A program made the translations under genes and the position numbers. This document shows, one piece after another, positions 7,936 through 21,553 of a stretch of DNA of 32,000 bases. A model generated the notes under the pieces. That model was given only the letters and a program-made list of their open reading frames with translations, did no database searches and was not told where the DNA came from. Numbering within the stretch: the first letter of the stretch is position 1; the number at the start of each line of letters is the position of its first letter. Source of the DNA: Kineococcus radiotolerans SRS30216 = ATCC BAA-149 (GTDB taxonomy: Bacteria > Actinomycetota > Actinomycetes > Actinomycetales > Kineococcaceae); NCBI RefSeq assembly GCF_000017305.1, contig NC_009664.2:2490001-2522000 (forward strand), written 5' to 3'.

Positions 7936-8061
7936 GGGCTGATCCGGACGAGTGACAGCCGGGACACCGGGCTCAGGGATCGGCTCAGGCCGCCGATGAG
8001 TGGTGTCGGAGCAGGACGCCCGCCCCGGTGAGGGGGTGGCTGCGCAGGGCCCGAGGGCGAT

Positions 8062-8091
8062 TTGCACTGGCCCGCGGGGGCCGCGTACTGT
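8062..8091 (+). promoter_or_regulatory. candidate rrn promoter P1
   Basis: TTGCAC (8062-8067), 18-nt spacer, TACTGT (8086-8091), about 460 nt upstream of the 16S. Motif match by eye only. Confidence 0.3.
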
Positions 8092-8184
8092 TCTTCATGT
8101 CGCCCCGGCGGGGCGGAAAACCTGGGGCTTGTGAGTCTGGGTGGTCCGCGTCTGGGGGTGGTGGTCATCTTGGGCGTCATCGGG

Positions 8185-8214
8185 TTGCAGTTTGGCTTGG
8201 TGTCGGGTTAAGGT
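8185..8214 (+). promoter_or_regulatory. candidate rrn promoter P2
   Basis: TTGCAG (8185-8190), 18-nt spacer, TAAGGT (8209-8214). It has the same architecture as P1. Tandem promoters are usual for rrn operons. Confidence 0.3.
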
Positions 8215-8280
8215 GGGGAAGTTGTCCCTCTTCGGGGGCTCTCCGGTTCGGGGGGTTGTCCGGGTGGGTGCGTCCGGTTC

Positions 8281-8300
8281 TTGAGAACTCAACAGTGTGC
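8281..8300 (+). promoter_or_regulatory. conserved rrn leader box (BoxA/antitermination-like)
   Basis: TTGAGAACTCAACAGTGTGC in the 16S leader. A closely related TTGAGAACTGCACAGTGGACGCGA recurs in the 16S-23S spacer. Such leader/spacer motifs are typical of actinobacterial rrn operons. Confidence 0.4.
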
Positions 8301-8523
8301 CAAAAAGTGTTGATGCCATATGTATCAACCCCCAATGGCTGTTCATGTTCTGCTGCATCGTCTGGTGTGGTGGGGGTGGATGGTCGGGGATTCCTTTGGG
8401 ATTGATCTCCGCCTCTTTCACGCCAGTGGGGGGTGGGGTTTTCGAGTCCAAGGGTCAACTATGAAGTGAAATGATCTACATCGCTGACTGTTCCTTTCGG
8501 GGGTGGTTGGGGGTGGAAGGTTT

Positions 8524-10049
<1,526 letters not shown>

Positions 10050-10425
10050 AGCATCAACCACACCTCACAGACCACCGGCTCCGTCGTGGGTTGGTGGTGA
10101 GGGTGGGTGGGCCGGTTTCTTCGGACGTACGTTCCGGGGCCGGTGCTCAAGGGTGGAACATCAACACGATTCTTTCTGGCTTCTTCTGCTGTCAGTACCT
10201 CCCGCGTGCGGGAGTGGAACGCGGTGGGGAGTTCGGAAAGGGTCTGGCGCACTGTTGGGTCCTGAGGGACCGGCCGGCAACTCCGTCGAGTGATTGACGG
10301 GGTTGCGGGTGGTTTCTTGGTCTGGGCCTGCCTTGGTCATTCACATCGGCTTGCAGAGGGTTGTCACTTCGGTGGTGCTCTGCGGGTGCTGGTGGTGGTC
10401 GTTAGAGGTGGGTGCGGGTTGTCTG

Positions 10426-10449
10426 TTGAGAACTGCACAGTGGACGCGA
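10426..10449 (+). promoter_or_regulatory. conserved 16S-23S spacer box (BoxA-like)
   Basis: TTGAGAACTGCACAGTGGACGCGA in the ITS, paralogous to the leader box at 8281-8300. Confidence 0.35.
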
Positions 10450-10647
10450 ACATCTTTTAGTAGTGGTGTTCGTCGAGTAGATAATCCTCTGATGATCGGA
10501 CCGTTGCGTCCAGGGGCTCCTTCGTGGGTGTCTGGGTGGGTGGTCCGTGTCTTTGTGGTTTGGGTTCAAGTTTATCGCCTTGACCCGCATTGATCGTTCA
10601 TCGCTGTTCTCGCTTCGGCGGGTGTGTGGTGGTGGGTGGTGTGTGGT

Positions 10648-13799
<3,152 letters not shown>

Positions 13800-13994
13800 C
13801 ACGCACCAGTCACCATCACTGCTGAGCAGTGCGGTGGGGTGTGGGGTTGAGGCGAGTACTTGAACGGTTACGAGATCAAGCACCGCTGCTGGTGTTCGCG
13901 TCCATTGTGTGGTTCTCGGGAGAGAACTCGAACACACCACTCTTGCGCAGACTTTCGTCTGTCGGGGGTGGGGTGTGGTTTGATCCTGACCTTT

Positions 13995-14117
13995 GTGGTC
14001 CGGTGGTCATAGCGGTGGGGAAACGCCCGGTCTCATTCCGAACCCGGAAGCTAAGCCCACCAGCGCCGATGGTACTGCTCGGGAGACTGGGTGGGAGAGT
14101 AGGTCACCGCCGGCCAC
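13995..14117 (+). rRNA. rrf: 5S ribosomal RNA
   Basis: GTGGTCCGGTGGTCATAGCGGTGGGGAAACGCCCGGTCTCATTCCGAACCCGGAAGCTAAGCCCACCAGCGCCGATGGTACTG...GAGAGTAGGTCACCGCCGGCCAC. The terminal helix pairs 5' GTGGTCCGG with 3' CCGGCCAC. Ends are within about 3 nt. Confidence 0.9.
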
Positions 14118-14131
14118 TCACACTTGCGAGA

Positions 14132-14220
14132 CGTTGAGGGGATTCCCATCTCCTCCTTCCTGCGGGTGCTGCAGCTTGTGCAGCACCCAGCGGGAAGGAG
14201 AGGCGGGGATCCCCTCAACG
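14132..14220 (+). terminator. rrn operon terminator: long imperfect hairpin
   Basis: Outer stem CGTTGAGGGGAT / ATCCCCTCAACG (12 bp). Middle stem CTCCTTCC / GGAAGGAG (8 bp). Inner stem GGGTGCTGCA / TGCAGCACCC (10 bp) around a 5-nt loop. It starts about 15 nt after the 5S. Confidence 0.6.
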
Positions 14221-14614
14221 CATTCCAGGACCTTTGCCGTGGCCACCACTGGGCTCTGTGGCGAGAAGACCAAACCGGGGGCCCGCCTCTCTGGCGGGGA
14301 TCGATCCGCCTATGTCCTTCTGTCCTTGCCGGCCAGTGCGGCCCTCAGCTCCTGATGTTGCGTCGGTGACTCCGCTGATCGTTCGGGTGGGCTCCTCCTA
14401 GGCGCAAGCAGCCCTCTTCACGCCTTCCCGGCGGCCGCACTTTGAGTTCTGGACGACGCGGCAAGGGTCTACGAGCCTAGGGTCGTAGGACGTCGCTGCC
14501 CTTCTGAGCCACGCCGACTGTTGTTGTCGGGTGGAGGAGTGATCCCCACGTACCTCTGTCCAGCAGCGCGGATCGGTGTGTTCCTACGCAGGTGTAACCT
14601 CGCGGTTCATCGTC

Positions 14615-14650
14615 GATGGAGCCGCTAGTTGCAGGGGGCTGCCCTCCATC
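14615..14650 (-). terminator. weak candidate terminator downstream of the ABC exporter operon
   Basis: GATGGAG (14615-14621) pairs with CTCCATC (14644-14650), enclosing an inner hairpin GCAG-GGGG-CTGC (14631-14642). It lies about 20 nt beyond the minus-strand stop at 14672. The structure is weak. Confidence 0.25.
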
Positions 14651-14671
14651 CCATGGCCGGAGCCGCTCGGC

Positions 14672-16417
14672 TCAGGCGTGCTGGGCCGTCCACGCAGCGT
14701 GCAGCCGGGAGTACGGGCCCCCGGCGTGGGCGAGCTCCGCAGCGGGTCCCACCTCGACGACGCGTCCCGAGTCGACCACGACCACCGTGTCGGCGGCTTC
14801 GGCCGTCGAGAGCCGGTGGGCGATGGCGACGGAGGTGCGCCCGCTGAGCACGCCCTCCAAGGCCCGCTGAAGCCGCACCTCCGTCGCGGGATCGACGGAG
14901 GACGTCGCCTCGTCCAGCACCAGCAGGTCCGGGTCCGCGAGGTGGGCGCGGGCCAAGGCGACGAGCTGACGCTCACCGGCGGAGAGACGCTCACCGCGCT
15001 GACCCACCGGCGTCGCGAGCCCCTCGGGGAGGGCGTCCAGCCAGGAGGACAGCCCGAGGTCGTCGAAGGCGCCGCGCACGTCGGCATCGGTGGCACCAGG
15101 CTTCCCGCGGCGGACGTTCTCGCCGACGGTGGCGTCGAAGAGGAAGCCCTCCTGGGGGACGGCCACGACCCGGCGGTGCAGCTCCCGCGACGGCAGGTCA
15201 CGGGCGTCAACGCCGTTGAGCAGGACCCGGCCCGAGGTCGGGTCGACCAGCCGGGTGACGAGCCGGGACAGGGTCGTCTTCCCTGAGCCCGTCTCCCCCA
15301 CGACCGCCGTGCGGGAACCGGGGCGGAAGTGCAGCGAGACCCCGGCCAGCACGACCTTGTCCGTGCCCGGGTAGGTGTAGGCGACGTCCTCGACCCGGAC
15401 GTCGACGGGCCCGGCGGGCAGGGCCCGGGGTTGCGCGGGCTCGGGGACGGTGACGGGGGTGTCGATGAGGTCGACGACGCGGCGCCAGCCCGCGAGGGCG
15501 TTCTGCAGCTCGTTGAGGACCTCGGTCGCGGCCTGCACGGGGCCCACCCACAGCTGCGCGAGGAACAGGAACGCCAGCAGGCGGCCGAGGGTGATGTCAC
15601 CGTCGAGGCCGAGCAGCGTGCCGACGACGATGACGAGGGCGACGACCAGCCCGGAGACGAAGACGCCCGAGGAGAACGTCACCGCCGTCGCGGTCTGCGC
15701 CTTCACGGCCTGCCGGCGGTGCGCCTCGATCGTGGCGTCGATGCGCCGCCAGGACCGCTCCGAGGCGGCGTGGGCGCGGATCACGTCGGCACCCACGACG
15801 GCCTCGGAGAGCGCGGCCAGCAGGTCGCCCATCCGCACCCGGACCGCCCGGTAGGCCCGGGTCACCGGGCGCTGCAGCCGCTGACGGGCCAGCACGAGCG
15901 GCACGAAGCAGCCCAGCACCACGAGCGCCAGCTGCCAGGAGTAGAAGAACATCAGCGCCGTCGCCAGCAGCACCTGGCCGGCGGACAGGACGAGGACGAG
16001 CATCCCGGTCTGCAGGAACGTCGAGATGGTGTCGACGTCGCTGGTCACCCGGCTCACCAGCGACCCCCGGCGCTCCCCGCCCTGGGTCAGCACCGCCAGG
16101 TCGTGGACGTGACGGAACGCGCGCACCCGCAGCGTCGCCAGCCCCGCCTCGGTGGCCTCGAACAGCCGCACGTTGACGATCCACGCGGTGCCCGCGGTGA
16201 TGACCACGACCAGCGCGGCGAGGGCGCACAGGACGACGATGCGCCCCACGTCCGGCCCGCCCGCCGCCTGCACGCCGCTGTCGATCGTCTGCTGCACGGC
16301 CACGGGGACCGCGAGCTTGCCCAGCGTCGTGGCGGCCGCGATGGCCAGGGTGACGCCGATGCCCTCGGCGAACTCGGGGGTCAGTTCGCGGGAACGGGCC
16401 AGCACTCCGGAGCTCAC
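14672..16417 (-). CDS. ABC exporter, fused permease/ATPase (type I exporter half-transporter)
   Basis: 581 aa with an N-terminal six-helix-type TMD. Walker A GETGSGKTT, signature LSAGERQ, Walker B LLVLDEATS. Its GTG start overlaps the upstream gene's TGA (GTGA, 16414-16417). Confidence 0.85.
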   Translation of the reverse strand: MSSGVLARSRELTPEFAEGIGVTLAIAAATTLGKLAVPVAVQQTIDSGVQAAGGPDVGRIVVLCALAALVVVITAGTAWIVNVRLFEATEAGLATLRVRAFRHVHDLAVLTQGGERRGSLVSRVTSDVDTISTFLQTGMLVLVLSAGQVLLATALMFFYSWQLALVVLGCFVPLVLARQRLQRPVTRAYRAVRVRMGDLLAALSEAVVGADVIRAHAASERSWRRIDATIEAHRRQAVKAQTATAVTFSSGVFVSGLVVALVIVVGTLLGLDGDITLGRLLAFLFLAQLWVGPVQAATEVLNELQNALAGWRRVVDLIDTPVTVPEPAQPRALPAGPVDVRVEDVAYTYPGTDKVVLAGVSLHFRPGSRTAVVGETGSGKTTLSRLVTRLVDPTSGRVLLNGVDARDLPSRELHRRVVAVPQEGFLFDATVGENVRRGKPGATDADVRGAFDDLGLSSWLDALPEGLATPVGQRGERLSAGERQLVALARAHLADPDLLVLDEATSSVDPATEVRLQRALEGVLSGRTSVAIAHRLSTAEAADTVVVVDSGRVVEVGPAAELAHAGGPYSRLHAAWTAQHA

Positions 16418-18255
16418 GCCGCACCTTCCTCGTCCTCGACGGCGCGCGCGGCGGCCGCCCGCGCGTACGCCGTCACCAGTTCCCGGTAGCCCGCGTCGCG
16501 GGCCTCGACCTCAGCGGCCGGGCCGCGGTCCACGACCCGCCCGCGCTCCAGGTGCACGACCTCGTCGGCCAGCGCGATCGTCGCCGGCCGGTAAGCCACC
16601 ACGACCACCGTGGTCCCCAGCCCCGTCTCGGCCAGGCCGTCGAGCACGGCCCGCTCCACGGCCGGGTCCAGCGCGCTCGTCGCGTCGTCCAGCACCAGCA
16701 GCCGGGGGCGGCGCACCAGTGCGCGGGCCAGGGCCAGGCGCTGGCGCTGACCGCCCGACAGCGTCGAGCCGCGCTCCCCGACGAGCTCGTCGAGGCCGCC
16801 GGGCAGGGACTGCACGAAGGCCTCCGCGCGGGCCAGGCGCAGCGCCTGCCACACCTCCTCGTCGGAGACCTCCAGCCCCAGCGCCACGTTGCCGCGGACG
16901 GTGTCGTCGAAGACGAACGTCGACTGCGGCACCAGCGACGCCGCCCCCGCGACCTGCCCCTCCGCCAGCTGCCGCACGTCGACGCCGTCGAGGAGCACCT
17001 CGCCCGTGGAGGGGTCGACGAGGCGCACCAGCAGACCCGCCAGCGTCGACTTGCCCGCGCCGGTGCCGCCCACGACCGCCACCGTCGTCCCCGCGGCGAC
17101 CTCGAGGGTCACGTCGCTCAGCACCGGGGGGTGCTCGACCACGTCGCCCGAACCGTCGCCCAGCAGGTCCGCCGCGGGCGCCGGGTGGCGGTAGGACAGC
17201 CCCGAGGCGGACACCGTCAGCGGCCCGCCGGGCGCGACGGGGCGCGGACCCCACGGGGTCGTCGCGTCCTCCTGCAGCACCGTCTGCACCCGCGCGTCCC
17301 CGGCGACGGTGCGCGGGAGGTCGGCGAGCAGCCAGCCGAAGGACCGCACCGGGAAGGCGAGCAGGCTCAGCAGGTAGGCGATCTGCACCAGGTCGCCGAC
17401 GCTCGTGCTCCCGCTCGCGACCCGGGTCGCCCCCACGACCAGGACGAGGAGGGTGCCCAGGGAGGGCAGCGCCTCGATGACCGGGTCGAACGCGCCGCGG
17501 GTGCGGCCGGCGGCGACGTTCGCGTCGCGCAACCGCTCCGCGTCGTCGCGGAAGCGCTCGACCTCCTCCCCGGCCAGGCCGAGGGTCTTCACGACGAGCG
17601 CGCCCTCGAAGCTCTCGTGCGCGGTGGCCGAGACCTCCCCGCGCAACTGCTGGACGCGGGTGACCAGCGGCGACATGCGGCGCTGGTAGACGACGTTCGC
17701 GGCCAGCAGGGCCGGGACGACGAGCAGGCCCACCGCGGCCAGGACCGGGTCGGCGGCGACCATCGCGATCCCGGCGAAGAGGATGAGGACGGCGGTGCCC
17801 AGCGCGAAGGGCAGCACCATCGTCGCCTGCCACGTCGCCTCGACGTCCGAACCGGCGGTGGCGAGCAGCCGCCCGGCCGGGTGGGCGTGGTGCCAGGACA
17901 GCGGGAGGTCCAGGTAGCGGCGGGCGAGGTGACGCCGGTACCGCGCCTGCAGGGCGAAGGTGAAGGCGCCGCCGAAGATCCGGCGCAGCAGGACCCCGCC
18001 GACGAGGACGACGGTGACCGCCATCAGCGCCGCCCCCGCCAGCCACACCTGCGCGGTGGTGACCGGGCCGCTGCCCGTCACGGCGGGGACGACGACCCCC
18101 TCGGTGACCCGGCCGACGAGGAACCCCGACGCGGCGTTGCCGATGCCGTAGATCACCGAGCCGACGATGGCGATCCGGAACGGTCGGGGTTCCTCGCGGA
18201 CCCCGCGGGCCAGGGTGCGGACCCCGCTGACGAAGGTGCCGCTCACCGCCGCCAC
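16414..18255 (-). CDS. ABC exporter, fused permease/ATPase (probable heterodimer partner)
   Basis: 613 aa. Walker A GGTGAGKST, signature LSGGQRQR, Walker B LLVLDDATSALD, plus an N-terminal TMD. Confidence 0.85.
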   Translation of the reverse strand: MAAVSGTFVSGVRTLARGVREEPRPFRIAIVGSVIYGIGNAASGFLVGRVTEGVVVPAVTGSGPVTTAQVWLAGAALMAVTVVLVGGVLLRRIFGGAFTFALQARYRRHLARRYLDLPLSWHHAHPAGRLLATAGSDVEATWQATMVLPFALGTAVLILFAGIAMVAADPVLAAVGLLVVPALLAANVVYQRRMSPLVTRVQQLRGEVSATAHESFEGALVVKTLGLAGEEVERFRDDAERLRDANVAAGRTRGAFDPVIEALPSLGTLLVLVVGATRVASGSTSVGDLVQIAYLLSLLAFPVRSFGWLLADLPRTVAGDARVQTVLQEDATTPWGPRPVAPGGPLTVSASGLSYRHPAPAADLLGDGSGDVVEHPPVLSDVTLEVAAGTTVAVVGGTGAGKSTLAGLLVRLVDPSTGEVLLDGVDVRQLAEGQVAGAASLVPQSTFVFDDTVRGNVALGLEVSDEEVWQALRLARAEAFVQSLPGGLDELVGERGSTLSGGQRQRLALARALVRRPRLLVLDDATSALDPAVERAVLDGLAETGLGTTVVVVAYRPATIALADEVVHLERGRVVDRGPAAEVEARDAGYRELVTAYARAAAARAVEDEEGAA

Positions 18256-18368
18256 CCGCTCGTCGTCGTGCCCGCGGGGGAGGGGAGTGGCCTGTGAGTG
18301 CTCCGTCGAACTGACATCGAGGACAACCTACGGCGAGGGGGGCGGAGGGCGCTCCCGGGAACCCGTCG

Positions 18369-18394
18369 CCGGGCGGACGCCGCCGCCCGCCCGG
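18369..18394 (-). terminator. candidate terminator between the dehydrogenase and the ABC operon
   Basis: Perfect 8-bp stem CCGGGCGG (18369-18376) / CCGCCCGG (18387-18394) with a 10-nt loop. It lies 8 nt downstream (minus sense) of the dehydrogenase stop at 18402. Confidence 0.35.
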
Positions 18395-18401
18395 CCCCGG
18401 G

Positions 18402-19571
18402 TCAGGGCTGGAAGACGGCCCGCAGGCAGTCGTCCTCCTTCTCCTTGAAGATCCGGTACCCCTCCACGGAGTCCTCCAGCGACATCCGGTGGGTGGCGAG
18501 GAAGGAGGTGTCGAGCTCGCCCGCCGCGAGGTGGGCCAGCAGCCGCGGCACGTAGCGCTGCCCGTGCTGCTGCGCCGCCTTGATCGTGAGGCCCTTGTTC
18601 AGGACGACGCCGGTGGGGAAGGAGTCGGTCAGGCCGTAGACGCCGAGGATCGACACGACCCCGCCCTTGCGGCAGGCGAGCACCGCCTCGCGCAGCGGGG
18701 TGGCGCGGTCGGTCTCCAGCCGCACGGCCTGCTTGGCACGGTCGACCACGTTCTGCAGGCCCGTCCCGTGGCCCTCCATGCCGACGGCCTCGATCACCGC
18801 GTCCGGGCCGCGGCCGCCGGTGGACTCGCGCAGCACCTCCTGCACGCTGTCGACCTCGGAGTAGTCGATCGTCTCCGCGCCGATCCGGTCGCGGGCCAGG
18901 GTGAGCCGGGAGGCGAGGCGGTCGACGACGATGACGCGCTCCGCGCCCAGCAGGCGGGCGCTCGCGGCGGCCATCAACCCGACCGCGCCGGCGCCGAACA
19001 CCGCGACGGTGTCGCCGGGGGTGATGTCGCAGAAGTCCGCGCCCATGAACCCGGTGGGCACGGCGTCGGAGGTGAACAGGGCCGAGACGTCGTCCACGCC
19101 CTCGGGGACGGGGAAGCAGTTCACGTCGCCGAAGGGGACGCGGACGTACTCCGCGTGCGAACCGGCGTACCCGCCGAAGGGGTGGGTGTAGCCGTAGATG
19201 CCACCGGACGGGTACCCCAGCAGCGGCTGCTGGAGCGCGCCGTTGGGGTTCGTGGTGTCGCAGAGGGAGTACATCTCGCGCTTGCAGTACGCGCACGTGC
19301 CGCAGGCGATGAAGGAGGGCACGACGACGCGGTCGCCGACGGCGGTGCTCCGCACCTCCGGTCCGACCTCGACGACGACGCCCATGAACTCGTGGCCGAA
19401 GACGTCGCCGGGCTGCATGCCCGGCAGGTAGCCGTCGATGAAGTGCAGGTCCGAACCGCACGTCGTGGTGAGCGAGACCTTCAGGACCACGTCGTGCGGG
19501 TTGAGCACGGTCGGGTCCGCGACGGTCTCCACCGCGAGGTCGTTCACGCCGTTCCAGACGAGTGCGCGCAT
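18402..19571 (-). CDS. zinc-dependent alcohol/formaldehyde dehydrogenase family protein (MDR superfamily)
   Basis: 389 aa. Catalytic Zn motif GHEFMGVVVEVG, structural Zn Cys cluster CGTCAYCKREMYSLC, Rossmann motif VFGAGAVG. It resembles glutathione-independent formaldehyde dehydrogenase-type enzymes. Confidence 0.85.
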   Translation of the reverse strand: MRALVWNGVNDLAVETVADPTVLNPHDVVLKVSLTTTCGSDLHFIDGYLPGMQPGDVFGHEFMGVVVEVGPEVRSTAVGDRVVVPSFIACGTCAYCKREMYSLCDTTNPNGALQQPLLGYPSGGIYGYTHPFGGYAGSHAEYVRVPFGDVNCFPVPEGVDDVSALFTSDAVPTGFMGADFCDITPGDTVAVFGAGAVGLMAAASARLLGAERVIVVDRLASRLTLARDRIGAETIDYSEVDSVQEVLRESTGGRGPDAVIEAVGMEGHGTGLQNVVDRAKQAVRLETDRATPLREAVLACRKGGVVSILGVYGLTDSFPTGVVLNKGLTIKAAQQHGQRYVPRLLAHLAAGELDTSFLATHRMSLEDSVEGYRIFKEKEDDCLRAVFQP

Positions 19572-20131
19572 CAGTGGTCCTCCGCCCGAGCCGCCGGCTG
19601 GGGACTGATCGTGGGGATCTCGCCGGTCTGCAGCAGGGCGCGCAGCCGGTAGAGCACGGTGAACGCGGGGGCGCCGGTGGGGACGTCCAGCCGCAGCGTC
19701 GCCTCGGTGCCCATGTCGCGCGGGGCGGTGCGGGTGCGCAGCGACACCAGGGCGTCGGCCGGGACGGCCCCGGCCTCGGGGGCCCCGCCCTCGGTGTCCT
19801 GCTCGACGCGCTCGACGGCTTCGGCGGGCCCGCCGCGGAGGAAGTCCACCCCGCCGGGCGTCACCGACAGGCGGGTGGGCACGCCGTCGGCGCCCTCGCC
19901 GAGGGTCCAGGTGAACTCCCCGGGCGCCGGGGACGTCACGGCGCCGACCTCGCCGAGCAGGCGGGAGAGCACCGCGGGGTCCTGGAAGGCCGAGAGCACC
20001 TCGGCGGGGGGACGGTCGATGGTCAGCGTCTGCGGGGAGCGGTCGCCGGCCCCTCCGCGGCCCCCGTGGTGCAGGGCGTGCGGGAGGACCTTCGCGGCCG
20101 CGTCGAGCAGACGGCGGGACGGGTTCGTCAC
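19571..20131 (-). CDS. SRPBCC (cyclase/dehydrase-like) family protein, divergent
   Basis: The start is refined to GTG 20131, in frame with the track ORF, with GGAG 6 nt upstream. The C-terminal YRLRALLQTGEIPT resembles the ...FKQL.E.GEIPT tail I recall for actinobacterial SRPBCC proteins that sit next to Zn-dehydrogenases. Its stop overlaps the dehydrogenase ATG by 1 nt. The family call is tentative. Confidence 0.45.
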   Translation of the reverse strand: MTNPSRRLLDAAAKVLPHALHHGGRGGAGDRSPQTLTIDRPPAEVLSAFQDPAVLSRLLGEVGAVTSPAPGEFTWTLGEGADGVPTRLSVTPGGVDFLRGGPAEAVERVEQDTEGGAPEAGAVPADALVSLRTRTAPRDMGTEATLRLDVPTGAPAFTVLYRLRALLQTGEIPTISPQPAARAEDH

Positions 20132-20322
20132 CTTGGCTCCGGGGTGTGGGTTCCAGGCGCGGCGGGGGCCTGCACCGTTCCGCAGGCTACGACCCGCCAC
20201 CGGGTCCGGCACCTCGCGACCGCGGCCCGCCCGGGCCCTCGTCGGTGCGCCCCGGAGGTGCTCCGCGGCGCCCGGGGACCTCGGTGGTGGTCGTCGCGCC
20301 CGGGGGATGACACCCTGGCGGG

Positions 20323-21543
20323 GTGGCAGCAGCGGACCGGCCCCCCGTCAGTGACTCCTACGAGCTGGGGGAGCGTGCGCTGGGCGACCTGCGCGGCGCC
20401 TTCGCGACGTGGCTCGACGAGAACGTCGAGGTCGACGACGAGGTCGGCGCCGGCGCCGTCGTCGAGGCGCTGACCGTGGGGGCGGGGGGCCTGCTCACCG
20501 TGCGGCCCGGCGCCGTCGTGACCCGGCTGACCCCCGTCGACGTCGAGGCCCTCACCGGCCAGGTCGTCCCGGCCATGGTCGCCGACACCGGCACCCCGGA
20601 GCCGGCGGAGATGCAGGAGGACCTGGAGGCCATCTGGTACCAGTTCCTCGCCTTCCTCGGCGAGACGGGGCGCTGGACGGGTTCCGCGGGCGACCTGGAG
20701 ACCTGCCTCACCCTCCTCCAGGGGGAGCCGCCGGAGCTGGCGGAGGTCTTCGCCGAGGCCGCCGAGGACGTCGACGAGGGCGAGGAGGACGCGACGATCC
20801 TCGCCTCCTTCCCGGTCCGGGCCGCCCGGGCCGTGCTCGAGCACGTCGGGGAGGGGCTGGCCGTCCCCGACGACGCCGAGCTCGCCCCGGACTCGGTGAC
20901 CGCGGTCCTCGCCGCCTTCGAGCACCCGATCCCCATCACCGCCGACCAGGACGGGCAGCCGCAGGACCTGGAGGACGTCCCCTGGCTGCGCCAGGTCGTG
21001 CTGACGATGCTCGACCTGGACCTGCTGGACGGCGAGGACGAGACGCTGCTCGTCCCGGGCGCGGAGGCGGAGCACTGGCTGGAGCCGACGCCGGAGCCGC
21101 GGGAGCTGCGGCGCCTGCTGGTGGGCCGGTTCGTCCTCGACGACCCGGGGACCCTCGACGGCGGCTTCTCCATCACCGAGGCGGTGCTGCCGACCGTGCT
21201 GGCCTCGGCCGCCGCGGGCCGGCCCTTCGACGACGCGGCGCTGGACGACCTCGTCGCCAACGCCGACGTCCTCGGCCCGGCCGCCGGGGTCGCGGTGGAG
21301 GAGCTGCGGGAACGGCTCTCCGACCTCGCCGTCCTCGGGATCGTCAGCGGGTCCGCCCCGTGGACGGTCGCGCGCGGCTACTGGCCGGCCCTCGCGGCCG
21401 CCGCCGCGGAGGAGGGCGACGAGGACCCCCTGGGCGACCTGTTCGGCGAGGGCGAACCGCACTGGCTGGAGAACGTCATGGGGCAGCTCGGCGTGGGCGA
21501 CGACCAGATGCAGCAGATCCGCAACATCCTCGGCGGGCGCTGA
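20323..21543 (+). CDS. hypothetical, strongly acidic protein (406 aa)
   Basis: Long ORF with consistent G/C third positions. D/E-rich runs occur throughout (AEDVDEGEEDA, DLDLLDGEDE, EEGDEDPLGDLFGEGE). No family recognised. Confidence 0.6.
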   Translation: MAAADRPPVSDSYELGERALGDLRGAFATWLDENVEVDDEVGAGAVVEALTVGAGGLLTVRPGAVVTRLTPVDVEALTGQVVPAMVADTGTPEPAEMQEDLEAIWYQFLAFLGETGRWTGSAGDLETCLTLLQGEPPELAEVFAEAAEDVDEGEEDATILASFPVRAARAVLEHVGEGLAVPDDAELAPDSVTAVLAAFEHPIPITADQDGQPQDLEDVPWLRQVVLTMLDLDLLDGEDETLLVPGAEAEHWLEPTPEPRELRRLLVGRFVLDDPGTLDGGFSITEAVLPTVLASAAAGRPFDDAALDDLVANADVLGPAAGVAVEELRERLSDLAVLGIVSGSAPWTVARGYWPALAAAAAEEGDEDPLGDLFGEGEPHWLENVMGQLGVGDDQMQQIRNILGGR

Positions 21544-21553
21544 CCCCGCCGCG

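Noticed and set aside
14619-14668. Direct repeat GGAGCCGCT at 14619 and 14660, near the ABC operon stop
   Set aside because: It is only 9 bp and occurs twice in GC-rich DNA, so it is likely chance. No associated element or target-site-duplication context.
15329-18297. Plus-strand ORFs of 386, 442 and 581 aa and minus-strand ORFs of 511 and 275 aa overlapping the ABC exporter genes
   Set aside because: These are antisense or out of frame relative to two genes with complete Walker A/B and ABC signature motifs. They have an extreme Arg/Pro/Gly composition.
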